A stretch of DNA of 60,000 nt. Source: Lytechinus pictus. Lineage: Eukaryota. Made by a program: the position numbers and the translations under genes. Where the stretch lies: contig NC_087251.1 of assembly GCF_037042905.1 (NCBI RefSeq), positions 38,070,001 through 38,130,000 on the forward strand. The letters are read 5' to 3'. Shown piece after piece: positions 13,347 to 25,400 of the stretch. The notes beneath the pieces are model-generated. The model worked only from the letters and a program-made list of their open reading frames with translations, did no database searches and was not told the origin of the DNA. Positions within the stretch are counted from its first letter, which is position 1; each line of letters opens with the position of its first letter.

Positions 13347-13440
13347 CTGTTGACCTGTGGTCAGTTGGGTCAATCTCAGACATTCTATTCATATCTACTG
13401 TAGATGCTACAGGTGTGCTAGCTGGTACATGGAAGTTTTC
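13347..13440 (-). CDS. Uncharacterised gene, coding exon (ENFHVPASTPVAS...DHRST)
   Basis: ttgtag acceptor, CAG|gtatgc donor, 94 nt, phase 0 to 1. Confidence 0.82.
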
Positions 13441-13479
13441 CTACAAATCACGAAAAATAAACATAACATACATGGCATG

Positions 13480-13765
13480 ATAATAATTATATGTCCATCT
13501 ATATAGTGTAGTTACTACATATTCTACTGCACTAGATAATAGGTATATTATTACCCCGCCTGTAGCTGAGCTACCATATATAAAGCATGCATTCAAGGAA
13601 TAAATCCTACCTGGTACCCATTCACCTCATCTGGTTCGAGTGCAGCTCAATGAGGATCAATTTCTTGCTGAAACAAAATACGCCATAGCTCAAGATGGCC
13701 GGAATTTGGACCCACAACCCACTGTTTCAAAGTTCAGAGACTAATCCACTGGGCCACAACGCTCC
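13480..13765 (-). mobile_element. tRNA-derived SINE
   Basis: ggtacccattcacctca.ctgg.tcgag core, tRNA-like head at the right end. Confidence 0.68.
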
Positions 13766-13824
13766 ATTCAGATGTATGATATTTCATAAATTGCTGATTA
13801 GTCTACATCCTCTTCATCTACTCT

Positions 13825-14410
13825 CCGACGTGGTCTAATCCAACTTTGTCTACAACCAGTTTGTGTAATTGCCATTTGGCCCATTTACCATTTTGTCTAA
13901 TTTTCAGTTAGGCTATTCCTATTGCATCTAATATCCACTTGGTCAAACACAACTTGATCTATATGGTTAGATGAACTGTTTTTAACAAAATTTTGATTTA
14001 ATAAATAAAAAGATATCAAAGTGGACAAAGTGGAAGATTAGACCAACTGGACATTAGACTAAATATAGTGTAGACTCAATAGCAATTAGACCAAGTAGGC
14101 TCAACAGGATTAGACCTTGTGGAACTAGATTATCTGAAAAGTAGACCAACTGCCTGTAGACCAAGTAAAGATAAACCAATGTGTTATAGACCTTATTGCA
14201 TATATGACGTCATAATCCCGTAGCACCCTTGCTCAGAGGATACTGGAATAGGAATAAATGATGCTGGCAGAGATACGCAAGATGGAGATCACCAACGCAT
14301 GCTAGGCAATGGCTTCAGCTTCTAAGATGACAGTGCATTGACGTCAATGCATAAGGTCTATTAGAGTATACCATCTGAAAAGTAAAACCAACTGCTTGTA
14401 GACCAATTGG
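13825..14410. repeat. Degenerate ~20-bp TAGACCAA repeat arrays in inverted arrangement (MITE-derived); related copy at ~23140-23400
   Basis: ttggtcta-type units on the left, tagaccaa-type units on the right. Confidence 0.6.
14186..14361. mobile_element. Short MITE with CRE-containing TIRs
   Basis: ATAGACCTTAT(T)GCAT..TGACGTCA / TGACGTCAATGCATAAGGTCTAT. Confidence 0.6.
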
Positions 14411-14597
14411 AAGATTTAATAATGGCAAAAGCTTTATAAGCCAAGAAGTCATACTAATCAATCTACAACCTTAGAGATGAAAATAATTATTGACTTTAAA
14501 TCTGAATCAAATTAGCTTCAATCTGTATGAAAATACAAACGAATCAGGCCATTTCACAGAACTTGTTATCACTGACAGGGCTGCAAATTACTGGTAT

Positions 14598-14753
14598 GTA
14601 GGGGAGATCGGGGTTAGTTGGAACGCGGGGTAAGTTGAAACATTGTAATTTTCTTTAATGCCTGTAAAATAAATTTATGCAATACTGCCCTCAATTTATT
14701 GCTATTAATAATACAACTTACCCCGCGTTCCAACTAATCCCGATCTCCCCTAC
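14598..14753. mobile_element. Short MITE with ~40-bp TIRs
   Basis: GTAGGGGAGATCGGGGTTAGTTGGAACGCGGGGTAAGTTG and its near-perfect inverse. Confidence 0.75.
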
Positions 14754-15038
14754 TACTGAAACAGCATTTCTTTTCCATTAATAAGGAGTACATTTTTGTA
14801 TTAATTTCAAGCAGTTGTTAATGGTGACACATGAAAGACATGTTATTTTAATAAATCATAAATTGCATTGAAATGATTGAAATGAATGCAAAATTGGAAT
14901 TGGTTTTTATTTTATTTTCTATTCATTTGTCTTAAAATAAAACATAAGCAAAAACTGCTTGAAACTTTAAGAGACACAGAAGACCTTTACCACTGTACAA
15001 AAGAGAAGGAAAGGAAAATAAATAATCAGTGTCCAAAC

Positions 15039-15229
15039 CTTTATCATATAAACTGAATCAGAATCGATAATTTTTGCATTGGTATGAAGGCTAGGGGGGC
15101 GTGTCCCTTCTATGCCATTAGGAGGTCTGTGATTGGTTCGTGTTGACCCTGTTGTTCGACTATTTGACCTTGACATCGACCCTGCACCTGGAGCGGCGAG
15201 CACCGAGTCAGGACCTCTCGATGTAGCAC
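15039..15229 (-). CDS. Uncharacterised gene, coding exon (GATSRGPDSVLAAPG...SVYMIK)
   Basis: atacag acceptor, AAG|gtttgg donor, 191 nt, phase 1 to 0. Confidence 0.82.
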
Positions 15230-16831
15230 CTGTATAGAATAAACATGAAATTTACAACAAAGTTTGAATACACAACGATAAAGACCCTACAAATTATCTT
15301 TTATCCACAGATATCAAATAAAATGAAAATATCCCATAAATGAGTTCAATAATCATCCAATTTTAGCTCCAATGCCATTCTGCTGATATGACTGGGTGTA
15401 TTGATTGTCATCATAATTATGGCTTATTTTTAATACGAGTATTTTTGTTTAAATCGCAAGCAAGTTTCTAATTTTATTTGTTTGGACGATAAATCAAATC
15501 AAATCAAATTTTAGTGATAGATTATATTCTTGAGGGTGTTCCATCAACATTTGTCCACTGACAACTGTCAGTGCTGACTAAAATTGAGATTGTTGATTGG
15601 CCGAGAAGCACTAGCCTAAGACTGTTACTATGGTAACTGCCAGGGAATGACTTTCATGAAATGGGAGCACTTCACTGACAATTATCATAGCTCTTGAAAT
15701 TATTGCATCTGATTGGTTTAGAGTTAATTGGTCAATATGAATCCCTGAGGAGACACTTCATTAAGTGGTTGCATGGTATTCATAGAACCTACATTGAAAC
15801 ATTGGTATTGAAACAAACAAATAAATAAACACAGCGATATCAAGTATTTCATACAATTCCTGTTGTTAATAAATACTATGCATGTACACAACTACACATT
15901 TCCATCCATCATTACCACATTAAACTTATTTATAATGAAATGAAAAAAAAGAAAAGAAATGTCAAACAAAAACATGAAGTCGGTACAAAGTGCTCCCTAA
16001 ACCTTGAACTCAGCACTCAATTAAAAACATATGAAGATAAGCGGAATAAAGAGAAAAGTTTGAATCCAAATTTACCTTACAGTTTCTGAAAAGACAACAT
16101 CACAATACCATAAATAACCCAAACTCAATGGAAAAAAATCCTCCCACACTCACAGCCACTCTCATTAAGTGCCCTGCTGCAAATTGAAAAACACTTCATC
16201 GACAGAATTCCTTCACACATACATACTGGTGGAACAAATATTCATCAAGGTGGACAAAAGGTTTTAATCCATTAAAATCCACTTTGCAAATCAACCCTTT
16301 CTTCTCTGGCTCACTTGGAAAAAAATACAACAGTCACCATCCCAAATTGAGACAAAATAAAATAAGAGCAAAACACAAGAGAATTTGAAGTCCATTCTAA
16401 TAATAACTTGGAAAAACAACAAGCTGGAGTACAGTATCAAAAAAGAAGTTGAGCAAATTACCCCAGCTATGTGAAATGTGACATTTGATGCAGTATAGGA
16501 TAGAAAACAGAGGAAAACAATGGGGCAACTTTCATGAAACATAACAAAATAGAAATAGTCCATGATTTTCACTGGCTAGCGTTATAAGCTACCAAAATCC
16601 TGGCATTTAATTGGCTCATGGGTAAATGTGTGAATAGTGATGTCAGTGAAAACACTAGACTGTTTGTCTCATGAAAGCACTCCCTAGATTTAGATTGAGA
16701 TCGAAGGGTTTGGTTACAAGCTACAATAAAAGGGGTCGATATAGCCTGCTGTGGGGGGTCACAACACACCCTCGGAATTCCATGTTTACATCAGGGAAAT
16801 GGGGATGGTCCCAATTTGGAATATTTCTTAC

Positions 16832-16864
16832 CACTTCGGGATACAACAATTTCCATGTAGCACA
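16832..16864 (-). CDS. Candidate 33-nt micro-exon (VCYMEIVVSRS)
   Basis: caatag acceptor, G|gtaaga donor, symmetric phase 1-1. Confidence 0.48.
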
Positions 16865-17391
16865 CTATTGATACAAATTGCAGTGGATCGTCAAAATGAA
16901 AATATGTCACAAATATGAAAATACAAAATTTAAAAAATGCATGTGACAAACCAAAAGGGAATGATAAATTCTTAAAATATGATGACGGATTAGGTGAAAA
17001 TGAGGTTGTTTACATCATTATGAATATCATGTTGTCAAAGAAGGTCATCAGGGGTTAAAAATGGTTGTTGATAAATGTTATCTTGAATGACCTGAGTAAT
17101 GTTACAATGTCACATATATTCATATATTTTAACTTCAACAACTAACAGACATTTCATGCATCAATGTAAATACATGTATTCTTATTATATATATAAATAT
17201 CAGTAAAATATAGTGTTTTATCCAAGCTATATTTTTGAAAACACGTTTCAAACTACTTTGTCCATTTTATTTTCCAATTTTCATTTAACACATGAACACA
17301 TTCAAGGAAAACAGAAAGATGGCCTTTACAGAAAGGTGGATCGTATCGGCAGGATGCCATTCTAGACAAGTGGTTGCTGCAGTAGGCTCAC

Positions 17392-17418
17392 CTTTACTGA
17401 CACAGGTTCCAATGTAAA
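17392..17418 (-). CDS. Candidate 27-nt micro-exon (VYIGTCVSK)
   Basis: ttacag acceptor, AAG|gtgagc donor, symmetric phase 1-1 inside a phase-1 intron. Confidence 0.5.
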
Positions 17419-17525
17419 CTGTAATACAATGTAGCAATTTGCCTCAGTTAAGCCTTAACAATCTCAAAAGGAGCCCTGAAAAATAAAAATCTCTGGAAGG
17501 AAGGAATAAAAGTTTGTTGACCTAC

Positions 17526-17707
17526 CTGGTAACCTTGATAGTTTGACCCTGTTACCTCCTTCGTCCGACGTCTGGGGCAGACCCTTACTGCTGTAGAAGT
17601 AAGGCGCAGGAACCGGGGGTCTGCCGGAACCCTGGGGTGATGCGGTGCGATCCTTGGGATTGGAATACTGCACGACCGCATGAGGATGCTGAGGATTACG
17701 GAAACTC
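17526..17707 (-). CDS. Uncharacterised gene, coding exon (SFRNPQHPHAVVQY...KLSRLP)
   Basis: ttccag acceptor, CAG|gtaggt donor, 182 nt, phase 2 to 1. Confidence 0.84.
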
Positions 17708-17824
17708 CTGGAAGATGGAGAGAGGTGTTTGAGAATGAGCATACATCATGGAAATATTGCGGTCAAGTGGTTTTGTCACTCAATTTTGAGTGAGAAGGTA
17801 TGTGGTTCAAGCAAGAACCCGAGG

Positions 17825-17990
17825 TCCAAGCGTGATGCGGTGCAATCCTTGGGGTTGGAGTACTGCACGACCTGCTGAGGATTACGGAAACTCGTAGGCA
17901 ATTGAAAAGGGTTTGAGAATATCAAGAAATTACTGTGGTCAAGTGGTTACATCCCCAACTACTGGTGACATGGTGCATGGTTCAAATCTC
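17825..17990 (-). pseudogene. Diverged tandem duplicate of the 5' part of exon 17526-17707 plus its upstream intron
   Basis: 17832-17985 aligns with 17637-17810; acceptor CAG changed to TAC, 9-nt deletion. Confidence 0.75.
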
Positions 17991-18464
17991 TTCCAAAGTA
18001 CATTTTTGGCCTCATTCTACCCACGCGAAATACAAAATATAAACTGAAAATTCTTATGAATACTAGAATATCATATTAATTAAATGAAATAAAATTCATG
18101 AAATTTATTGAACACACAATATGAAGTATTATACATGTATGTTGAATTCATTGTCCATTTACTAGAAGAGCAAAGAAGCACCACTAGAAACAAACAACTT
18201 CCAATCGTCAACTACAAACTGACTAAACCTGCTCTCCCAAACATCTCAATATAGACTGTTACCATGGAAACATTAGAAAATCAGATTACAAGGTCAACTT
18301 ATGACTGATCAACCAAGCAAATTCTCATATCAAGACAATATACCATCTTGACAATAATAATTCATTTATGTGGAGAGGAGGGCAGATGCTTACACAGTAT
18401 CAAATAAAGAATACATTGAAATAGAGAATATATTGCAATAAAGAAATCATTGAATTACTTATAC

Positions 18465-18574
18465 CTTATAAGTAACGGTGTATTCCCATTGTTTATTTGA
18501 CCTTTTTTCCTTTTATGTTTTCCACTTGGTGATACTCTTGATGTCATTAAATTATGTACACTTGAGGTATTGCC
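18465..18574 (-). CDS. Uncharacterised gene, coding exon (GNTSSVHNL...KHKRKK...TPLLI)
   Basis: ttgcag acceptor, AG|gtataa donor, 110 nt, phase 0 to 2; needed to connect the flanking phases. Confidence 0.75.
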
Positions 18575-18613
18575 CTGCAATGGAAATAGAAAAATAAAAA
18601 ATAATATTACTAT

Positions 18614-18967
18614 CAGAGCTGCCAAGTTGTATTTTGCATTTTCAGTATTCTTATCCCCCAAAATCAGTATTTTGACCAAAAAAAAATCAGTATTTTTACC
18701 GTGTGAGATAAATATTTTGTATTTTTCCCCCAAAAAGTGTATTTCATAATAAAATGCTTGGCGCACTCGCCCATCACGGCGCTCAAGCTGCATGCAAGCT
18801 AAAATGTGCACTGCTCTTGCAGATGAAAAAAAAAAAAACATTGAAACTTGTGTATATCTCACCCTGGTTTTTACAAAATGATTGAAAAAAAAACAAGTTA
18901 CCTGAAATTACATTGATCTAATAACCATATTTGTGTACGTTTTATGAAATAGAGACATATAGAGATG

Positions 18968-19000
<33 letters not shown>

Positions 19001-19094
19001 CAAAAAACGTATTTTTTAAAGAAAAAACGTACTGCCGTATTTTGGTTGCAAAAACGTACTAAATACGGAAAAATCGTACTACTTGGCAGCTTTG
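18614..19094. mobile_element. hAT-like MITE with 6-bp TSD
   Basis: TACTAT|CAGAGCTGCCAAGT...ACTTGGCAGCTTTG|TACTAT. Confidence 0.78.
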
Positions 19095-19518
19095 TACTAT
19101 AGTTCAAGGCATTGAATAATAACAACAGCAATCAAACAATAAAATATACATTCATCCTGATGAACATTTGTATGTATACTACCACCACTGCTACAGCTGC
19201 TGCTCCTCTAATAGTGCAACTAACAACACAACAACAATGATACTAAATGGGATTTCTAGTTTTCATTTTAATTATAACTTATGATTAACTATGGAAAGCC
19301 AATGGTGAACAAATTTCCAACAGCCCAGGTTCAAATTCATCAGCTCTCTTGATGCTAAATTCATCCATTACTGGGAATAATGAATTAATTTTTTTTTTCA
19401 CCAATGAAGTATGGGGGAAAAGTGCAGTTAAAAAAGGCACATACAATGAAAACAAAATGTTGACATTTTTGGCTTCCATAATTTTAAACACAGAGTTGGA
19501 CCACTGACTATATATTAA

Positions 19519-19979
19519 AGGGGAAGTTCACCTGAAGAAAAGTTTGTGGTAAAATATCTGAAAAAAAAATATTGGTGAAGGTTTGAGGAAAATCCATTAA
19601 AGATTTAGAAACTTATTTGAATTTTAAGTTTTTGATTTGTCATGTCATATACCAGCAGCTACCCCATATGGTATGTAATAAAAAAAACGTATTAATTTCA
19701 AGTTTCTAATGGTTTGTGATGACTAAAAAAAAGTTTTTCATTCAGGGGCAGGTGTGAATTCACTTTTCTGTTGGTATAAAGAATGTACATTAAAATCTAT
19801 TTCAATTTTTTTGAGAAAATGACATTTCATTTATTTTTTTCACTACACGATATATAGGGAATCTGCTGGCATATGACTTCACAAATAAAAATTTTTTAAT
19901 TGCAATCACTTTTCACCAATATTTGTTATTATTTTTCTGCTATTTTATAATAAACTCTTTATCAGGGTGAACTTCCCCT
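19519..19979. mobile_element. Kolobok-like MITE, family B
   Basis: TTAA|AGGGGAAGTTCACC...GGTGAACTTCCCCT|TTAA. Confidence 0.8.
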
Positions 19980-20053
19980 TTAAAACTGGACTATTAGCCT
20001 TTAACAGGGTGCATGAATTTTAAATAGCGTATGAAGCATTTCTGTCCACTCAC

Positions 20054-20261
20054 CTTACAAATTTTCTTATAGCATTCAACGAGTCCAGCTAAACTCTTCT
20101 CACTCTCCTTAGAGGCGAGGCTAATACTGTCCAACATGCTTTCAATCACCTCCGCTTCTTGAGTTGCTTTATCACTGCTGTTACCGCTAGAGTTGGAACG
20201 AAGGTCTTCAAAATGGGTCACCCCATCGTTGGATGCCGGGACACGACTCCGGGCTGATTTT
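20054..20261 (-). CDS. Uncharacterised gene, coding exon (KSARSRVPASNDG...ECYKKICK)
   Basis: ctgcag acceptor, AAG|gtgagt donor, 208 nt, phase 2 to 0. Confidence 0.83.
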
Positions 20262-20320
20262 CTGCAGAATTCGAGAATTCAAATATCTCCATTTCAATCT
20301 ATAGTTCATGAATATATATA

Positions 20321-20978
20321 CAAGGCATACCAGAAAAATGCAACCAAGAATTATAGATGATTTATCATAACTTAATCACAAATGAAATACACAAATAACC
20401 TATCATTGCAAATCTAAATAGAACCTCCTCTTTTACCTGATATAACTCAGAAGATTCTTCATTCACGCATGAGTGAGTTAAAACGATTTGAAGAAAGGAT
20501 TAAAAAAAAGTCACATGTCGTGGATATCTGAATTTCAAAAAGAAAATCACGTATGTGTCTAAAAAGTTTTATCTGTTCTTGAACATGATACCTCAATCGC
20601 AGATAATTACCAAAAAATAACAAAAGTTTTGTCTCTTTGAAATAATCCTTGTACCTTTATTATTTCCATTATATTTCATACCGTAGCTATCGCAAGGTTA
20701 ACAAAATACTTAACTCATGGCTGAATGTCAAGAAAATGGAGTGTTAAGTCAGTGGCGGACCGTGACCCGGAGGAGACAAAGCATTGGAGGGGCACAGCAT
20801 TGTTCACAAACAATACAGTGCCCCTCCAATCACTGTCTCCTCCAGGTCACGGTCCGCCTCTGTGTCGAGTATTAAAATCCGACAGCTAGCCTGTAAAATG
20901 TCTTCATTTTATAAAATTGTTGAAATTCAAGGATTATTCTAAATAAACACAACTTTACTTCTTGACCATTTTCAGTGG
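20321..20978. mobile_element. Degenerate, truncated relative of the 58576-59394 MITE
   Basis: Shares gatgatttatcataacttaatc and cattcacgcatgagtgag; interrupted by the hairpin MITE 20750-20862. Confidence 0.7.
20750..20862. mobile_element. 113-bp hairpin MITE (hAT-like)
   Basis: CAGTGGCGGACCGTGACC termini, imperfect 8-bp TSD tgttaagt/tgtcgagt. Confidence 0.78.
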
Positions 20979-21027
20979 GAGGGGGATACATAATTCCATG
21001 TTAAATCCCGTTTTGTTCTTTCCTTAC

Positions 21028-21116
21028 CTTGTTACTGCATGAAAGTCAGGTTTAGGTCCTATGACGTGAGGTGAAGGCCCATGGTATTCATGACGAGGTC
21101 CTTTTGGTTTGGCTCT
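21028..21116 (-). CDS. Uncharacterised gene, coding exon (RAKPKGPRHEYHGPSPHVIGPKPDFHAVT)
   Basis: gatcag acceptor, AG|gtaagg donor, 89 nt, phase 0 to 2. Confidence 0.82.
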
Positions 21117-21139
21117 CTGATCAAAGAAACAATAATTAA

Positions 21140-21723
21140 AGGAGAATGAAACCCTTGAAACCAGCTGAATCCATATCAAAGAGAAAAATCAAAGAAACAT
21201 ATTGTTGAAAGTTTGAGGAAGATTGAATGAATAATAAGAAAGTTATGAGCATTTGAATATTGAGATCACTAATGCCATGTAGATCCTCCAATTGGCAATG
21301 CGATCAAGATCTGTGATGTCACACACGTACAACTCCCTCATTGCTTTAGTACTTATTTCACTTATATTCTCACTTTTATAGAATGTATCACAAGGTGAGG
21401 TGTTCTCTTTATGAGAGGACAAGTACAGAGGTTTCACAACATTATATCATTGATGAATCATTTGTCATATGATTAGAATGAGCAAAAAGAGATGTTTTGG
21501 GGTATATTTTCAGTGTCCAAAAGGGGAGAGTTGTTCATCTGTGATATCATAGATTTTGGTTGCGTTGCCAATGGGAGGATCTCCATAGCATTAGTGGTCT
21601 CGACATTCAAATGCTCATAACTCTTCTATTGCTAGTCCTATTTTACTCAAACTTTTGTTGATCTTATTCTTTGATTTTTCTGCTTTCACAAAAGCTAACT
21701 TGCTCCAAGAGTTTCATTCTCCT
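21140..21723. mobile_element. Kolobok-like MITE, family C
   Basis: TTAA|AGGAGAATGAAAC...GTTTCATTCTCCT|TTAA with long inverted arms. Confidence 0.82.
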
Positions 21724-21744
21724 TTAATATTAAACTACCGGTAA

Positions 21745-21904
21745 TACCTCAGTCACATCCGCTCTACGGCAGCCGTACGGCGAATAAAAAACAGCTGTTA
21801 TATTCATTTTTATTCAAACCACTTATATGTACCTGGTACAAAAAATGTTAAAACGGCTGAATTCAACTCGCCGTACCTCCGCCATTGAGCCATTGACTGA
21901 GGTA
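21745..21904. mobile_element. Small Harbinger-like MITE
   Basis: TAA|TACCTCAGTCA...TGACTGAGGTA|TAA. Confidence 0.65.
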
Positions 21905-23559
21905 TAATACTGCAAAACCAACTCTTCAGTAATGGTGATAAAGGCTTGATTTATTATTAAATAGAAATATAACTGAGTTGAAATATAATTAAAAAGAATA
22001 CATCATAGATGATCCATCAGAAGTCTATGAAAATATTTTGAAAAGTTGTACTTCTCAGAAATTCTGAAATATGACAAGCATTATTTATACACATGAAATA
22101 CATCATACTGCCTCGTTTCATACAATATCCATGTATGACGAATAACATCGGATTTTTAATAAACAAATTTCAACTATTAATTACATGAAGGCAAATTCAA
22201 TTTACTAAAATTAATGTATTTATTCTAAACTTCAAAGCAGTCGGGGGGGGGGGGGGGTAGGATGTTCAGAGCATTCAGATGCTGGTGACCACTTTAAGAA
22301 AAGATGAAATTCTCCTGTGTGTTACTAGGATACCACAGAGCACTGGATGTACACTGATGTCTACTGACAAAAGGAAGCAACTCCATTTTTTTTCAAAATT
22401 GAATCATTTCTTAAATTGGGATATATCTGTATCTTCTACATGATGCTAAAGAATTGGTGTCATATAGTCCCCAGTTTCTGAAATATAGATGTTTCAAAAG
22501 CAAATAACTAGAGCTGTATTTTCCACTTGAAACAATGACACATTTTCCTCAATTACTACTAATAAGATCATCCCACACAGTTGCCTCTTTTTGTCAGTGG
22601 ATGGCAGCTAGTATAAAGCCTTTGAGATGGACAACTCAATTACACCAGATTTACAAGGTCCTCCTGTCAAATATTTCTGACCTGTATACTCCATTGATAT
22701 ACACTGTTTATGGTCCACCTGTTTTTATTAAGGTAACAAATTCTCTTTATTATAAACAGCAAGAGAATACAGATCTACTTGTTAAAGGGGGGGGGGGTGG
22801 TGCAAAGAAATTAAAATTTTCAAGGTATGCATAAATCACATTCATATACCACCAACAAGTAGGAGATAATGTTGCAAACATTATAGGGCAAATGATTTAC
22901 ATGCGTGACCAAAAAATGCGTTTAAAGGGGTGTTTTCAATTTTGGATGTGGGTCGTGTGTGCAATCGTTAAGGGTATGAAAAACACAGATTTTCAGAAAA
23001 AAAGGTGGTTTTGAAAGACTGGTCAATGGTCAATCGCGGGGTCAACGTATTTAGGCTATGTTTTGTTTAAAGACTAGCCAAACGTGTTCAGGGTATGTTT
23101 TTTCCCAAGCTTTTTCCCCGGGGATTTTTCCTCCATTAAAAATCCACTTGGTTTAACACCACTTTAGTCTAGAACTTTTAACGAACCAAATTTTAATTTG
23201 GAAATATAAAAATCAATAAGTAGACAGAGTAAAAATTAGACCAACTCCAAGGGCATTAGACTAAATGATAATTAGACAAATGTGTGTGTAGACCAAACAG
23301 CAATGAGGCCAAAGTGATAGCTAACCAAAATGGGTTATGTCGTGGTATATTACTATCTGAGAATAGACCATCTGCTTGCAGACCGATTTAATGATAAACA
23401 GGATCAAAATAATGCTGTCCCGTGACAGAAGTAAGTAACTCTGCATACATCTACATGTATGTCCACATAAAACATTAACACATTTTCCTCATTTAACCAG
23501 AAGATCATTCTAATAGAGTTGCTTTCTTTTGTTATAAGACCTTAGAATACACATCTTAC

Positions 23560-24090
23560 CTTTATAGGTAAAGGTTGAAAGGCTTTGGCTTCCCCTCTGC
23601 TCCTCACCATCAGGTCCTGTCTACGCTGCTGCTTGGGGTTGGGCGGGGAAGGAAGGTGCACCCGTAAGGGCGGGGCGTAAGGTAGGTTAGGGGGTATATA
23701 GCAATAGGAATGAGAGTCAGGAGGTGGCAAGGAGAATTGGAAAGGATGAGCCAGAATGTTAGGGGAGAGGAAATCAGAACGAACATCGGTGTTATCATCG
23801 GTGAAATACGGTCTCACGGCGTCAGTCCCGCTCTCCGCAGGCCCCAGCCCCATTTTCCCGGACTCCTGAGGAGTGTCTTTTCTCTCTTCCAGCAACTCCA
23901 ACTTCAGCTTCCCACCAAACAACATTGCAGCTTTTGAATGAGTTGTCAGAGTTTTATTGTCATCACGTATTCTTTTAGTCGTTACTATAACTTTAAGTCT
24001 TGTTCCAAGTTCTGAATCGGGGTCTAGAATAGGAACTGTTCCCCCCTGCCACAGCCCTGTCATGTGTTGACCATCTCCCCCCTTTGATCC
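23560..24090 (-). CDS. Uncharacterised gene, coding exon (GSKGGDGQHMTGLW...FQPLPIK)
   Basis: atgtag acceptor, AAG|gtaaga donor, 531 nt, phase 0 to 0; ORF 23542..24063. Confidence 0.88.
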
Positions 24091-25400
24091 CTACATAGAA
24101 GAGCACATAGGCATGAAGGTTGGTCTAAGATCAGTTTATCATTTAAGAGTACGTAATTGATAATCATTCACAATGCAAACCTTAATACAGGTTTCTTTCA
24201 AAAGAACATAAAGTAGGAAGAAGGCAGAATATGAAATTCAGATTGAAAATCAAATTTATAATTCAATAGTTTAATACCTTATAAAAATTATAATTTTTAT
24301 GTTTCCTTGAGAATTCACTAATAAAATATTATTATTCTGTTTCCTTTAAAAACACTTTTCAGGGTAATCTTCCTTTTGAAGCACTTTACAAAAGTTTTCT
24401 TGAAAGCTATGTAGTTTATGGTGTAATTCACAATGTAAACATTTACGGTATAGGCACATATCACAAAAAGAAATAGAATTATTCCAATTAAAAAGGGGAT
24501 AAATGTTATACTACTTTACACATCCATCCCAAAAACCCAGTAAAAATTCACAAATGATCTATTCATCAAATTAAAATATCAATTAAAAAATAACAAACAA
24601 CAAATGAATTAGTGCATTCATTTTTTCCAAAAATGAACTGATTAGTACACAAAATGAAATATAAATTAAAAAAAAAGAAAAAATAACATTGCTCAACATA
24701 TATACAACTCAAAAGCTCCTTGTCAAATTCTTCACATCAATCCCGATTTTGACACTTAGCAATAAGCCCTGCTTCAAGTTCAGTTCAAGAAAGTGCAAGT
24801 TCAATAACAGCTTGCAAATGCAAGCCCTCAGGCTGAGAATTATAACGTGCATTCAAACGAATAGCAGGCGATAGCTGGCAGGAAATTAATACTACTACCA
24901 ACAGTATGTTTGCCTATTTTTGAACTTGCTGAAATGTCATTGCTGATATCTACATCTGACAAATTGATGAATTTTTTCTCCACAAAAGGAAGCACTCCAC
25001 ATATTCTTATCAAAGTTAGAATGAGTAAATATCAAAATCAAACAAGCCACATGTATGTCTCCTCAGTTTGTGAAGAATACTCTACATGAAATAGTAGCTT
25101 GATGCATTCAAAAGAAAGAGACAATAGGTATTCAAATTCAAAGATTGACAAAGACGGGACTCTGATTTCATGTCACTCATGTTTATGCATTATTGCAAGA
25201 TTGTATACCTTTGATTTGTTCCAAAATTGAATTGAATACTAGCAGTTTTATTTACCAACAACAAAATCAATGCAATATAGTGTGATATGATATCAAAAGT
25301 CAATGTTAGAGTTTGACATTTTAATGTCAAAATTAAGTTTGGAAATAGGTCAAAATTTGTTTAAAATGTGACTACCTTGTGTCCGAAACGGACTACTCAC

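Noticed and set aside
13825..14410. TAGACCAA repeats with variable intervening sequence resembling a repeat-spacer array
   Set aside because: The ~20-bp period and mutually similar 'spacers' indicate a decayed tandem array within a MITE
16076..16085. 10-nt exon candidate (ttttcag|AAACTGTAAG|gtaaat)
   Set aside because: Splice signals are good, but it shifts the frame and no compensating exon was found
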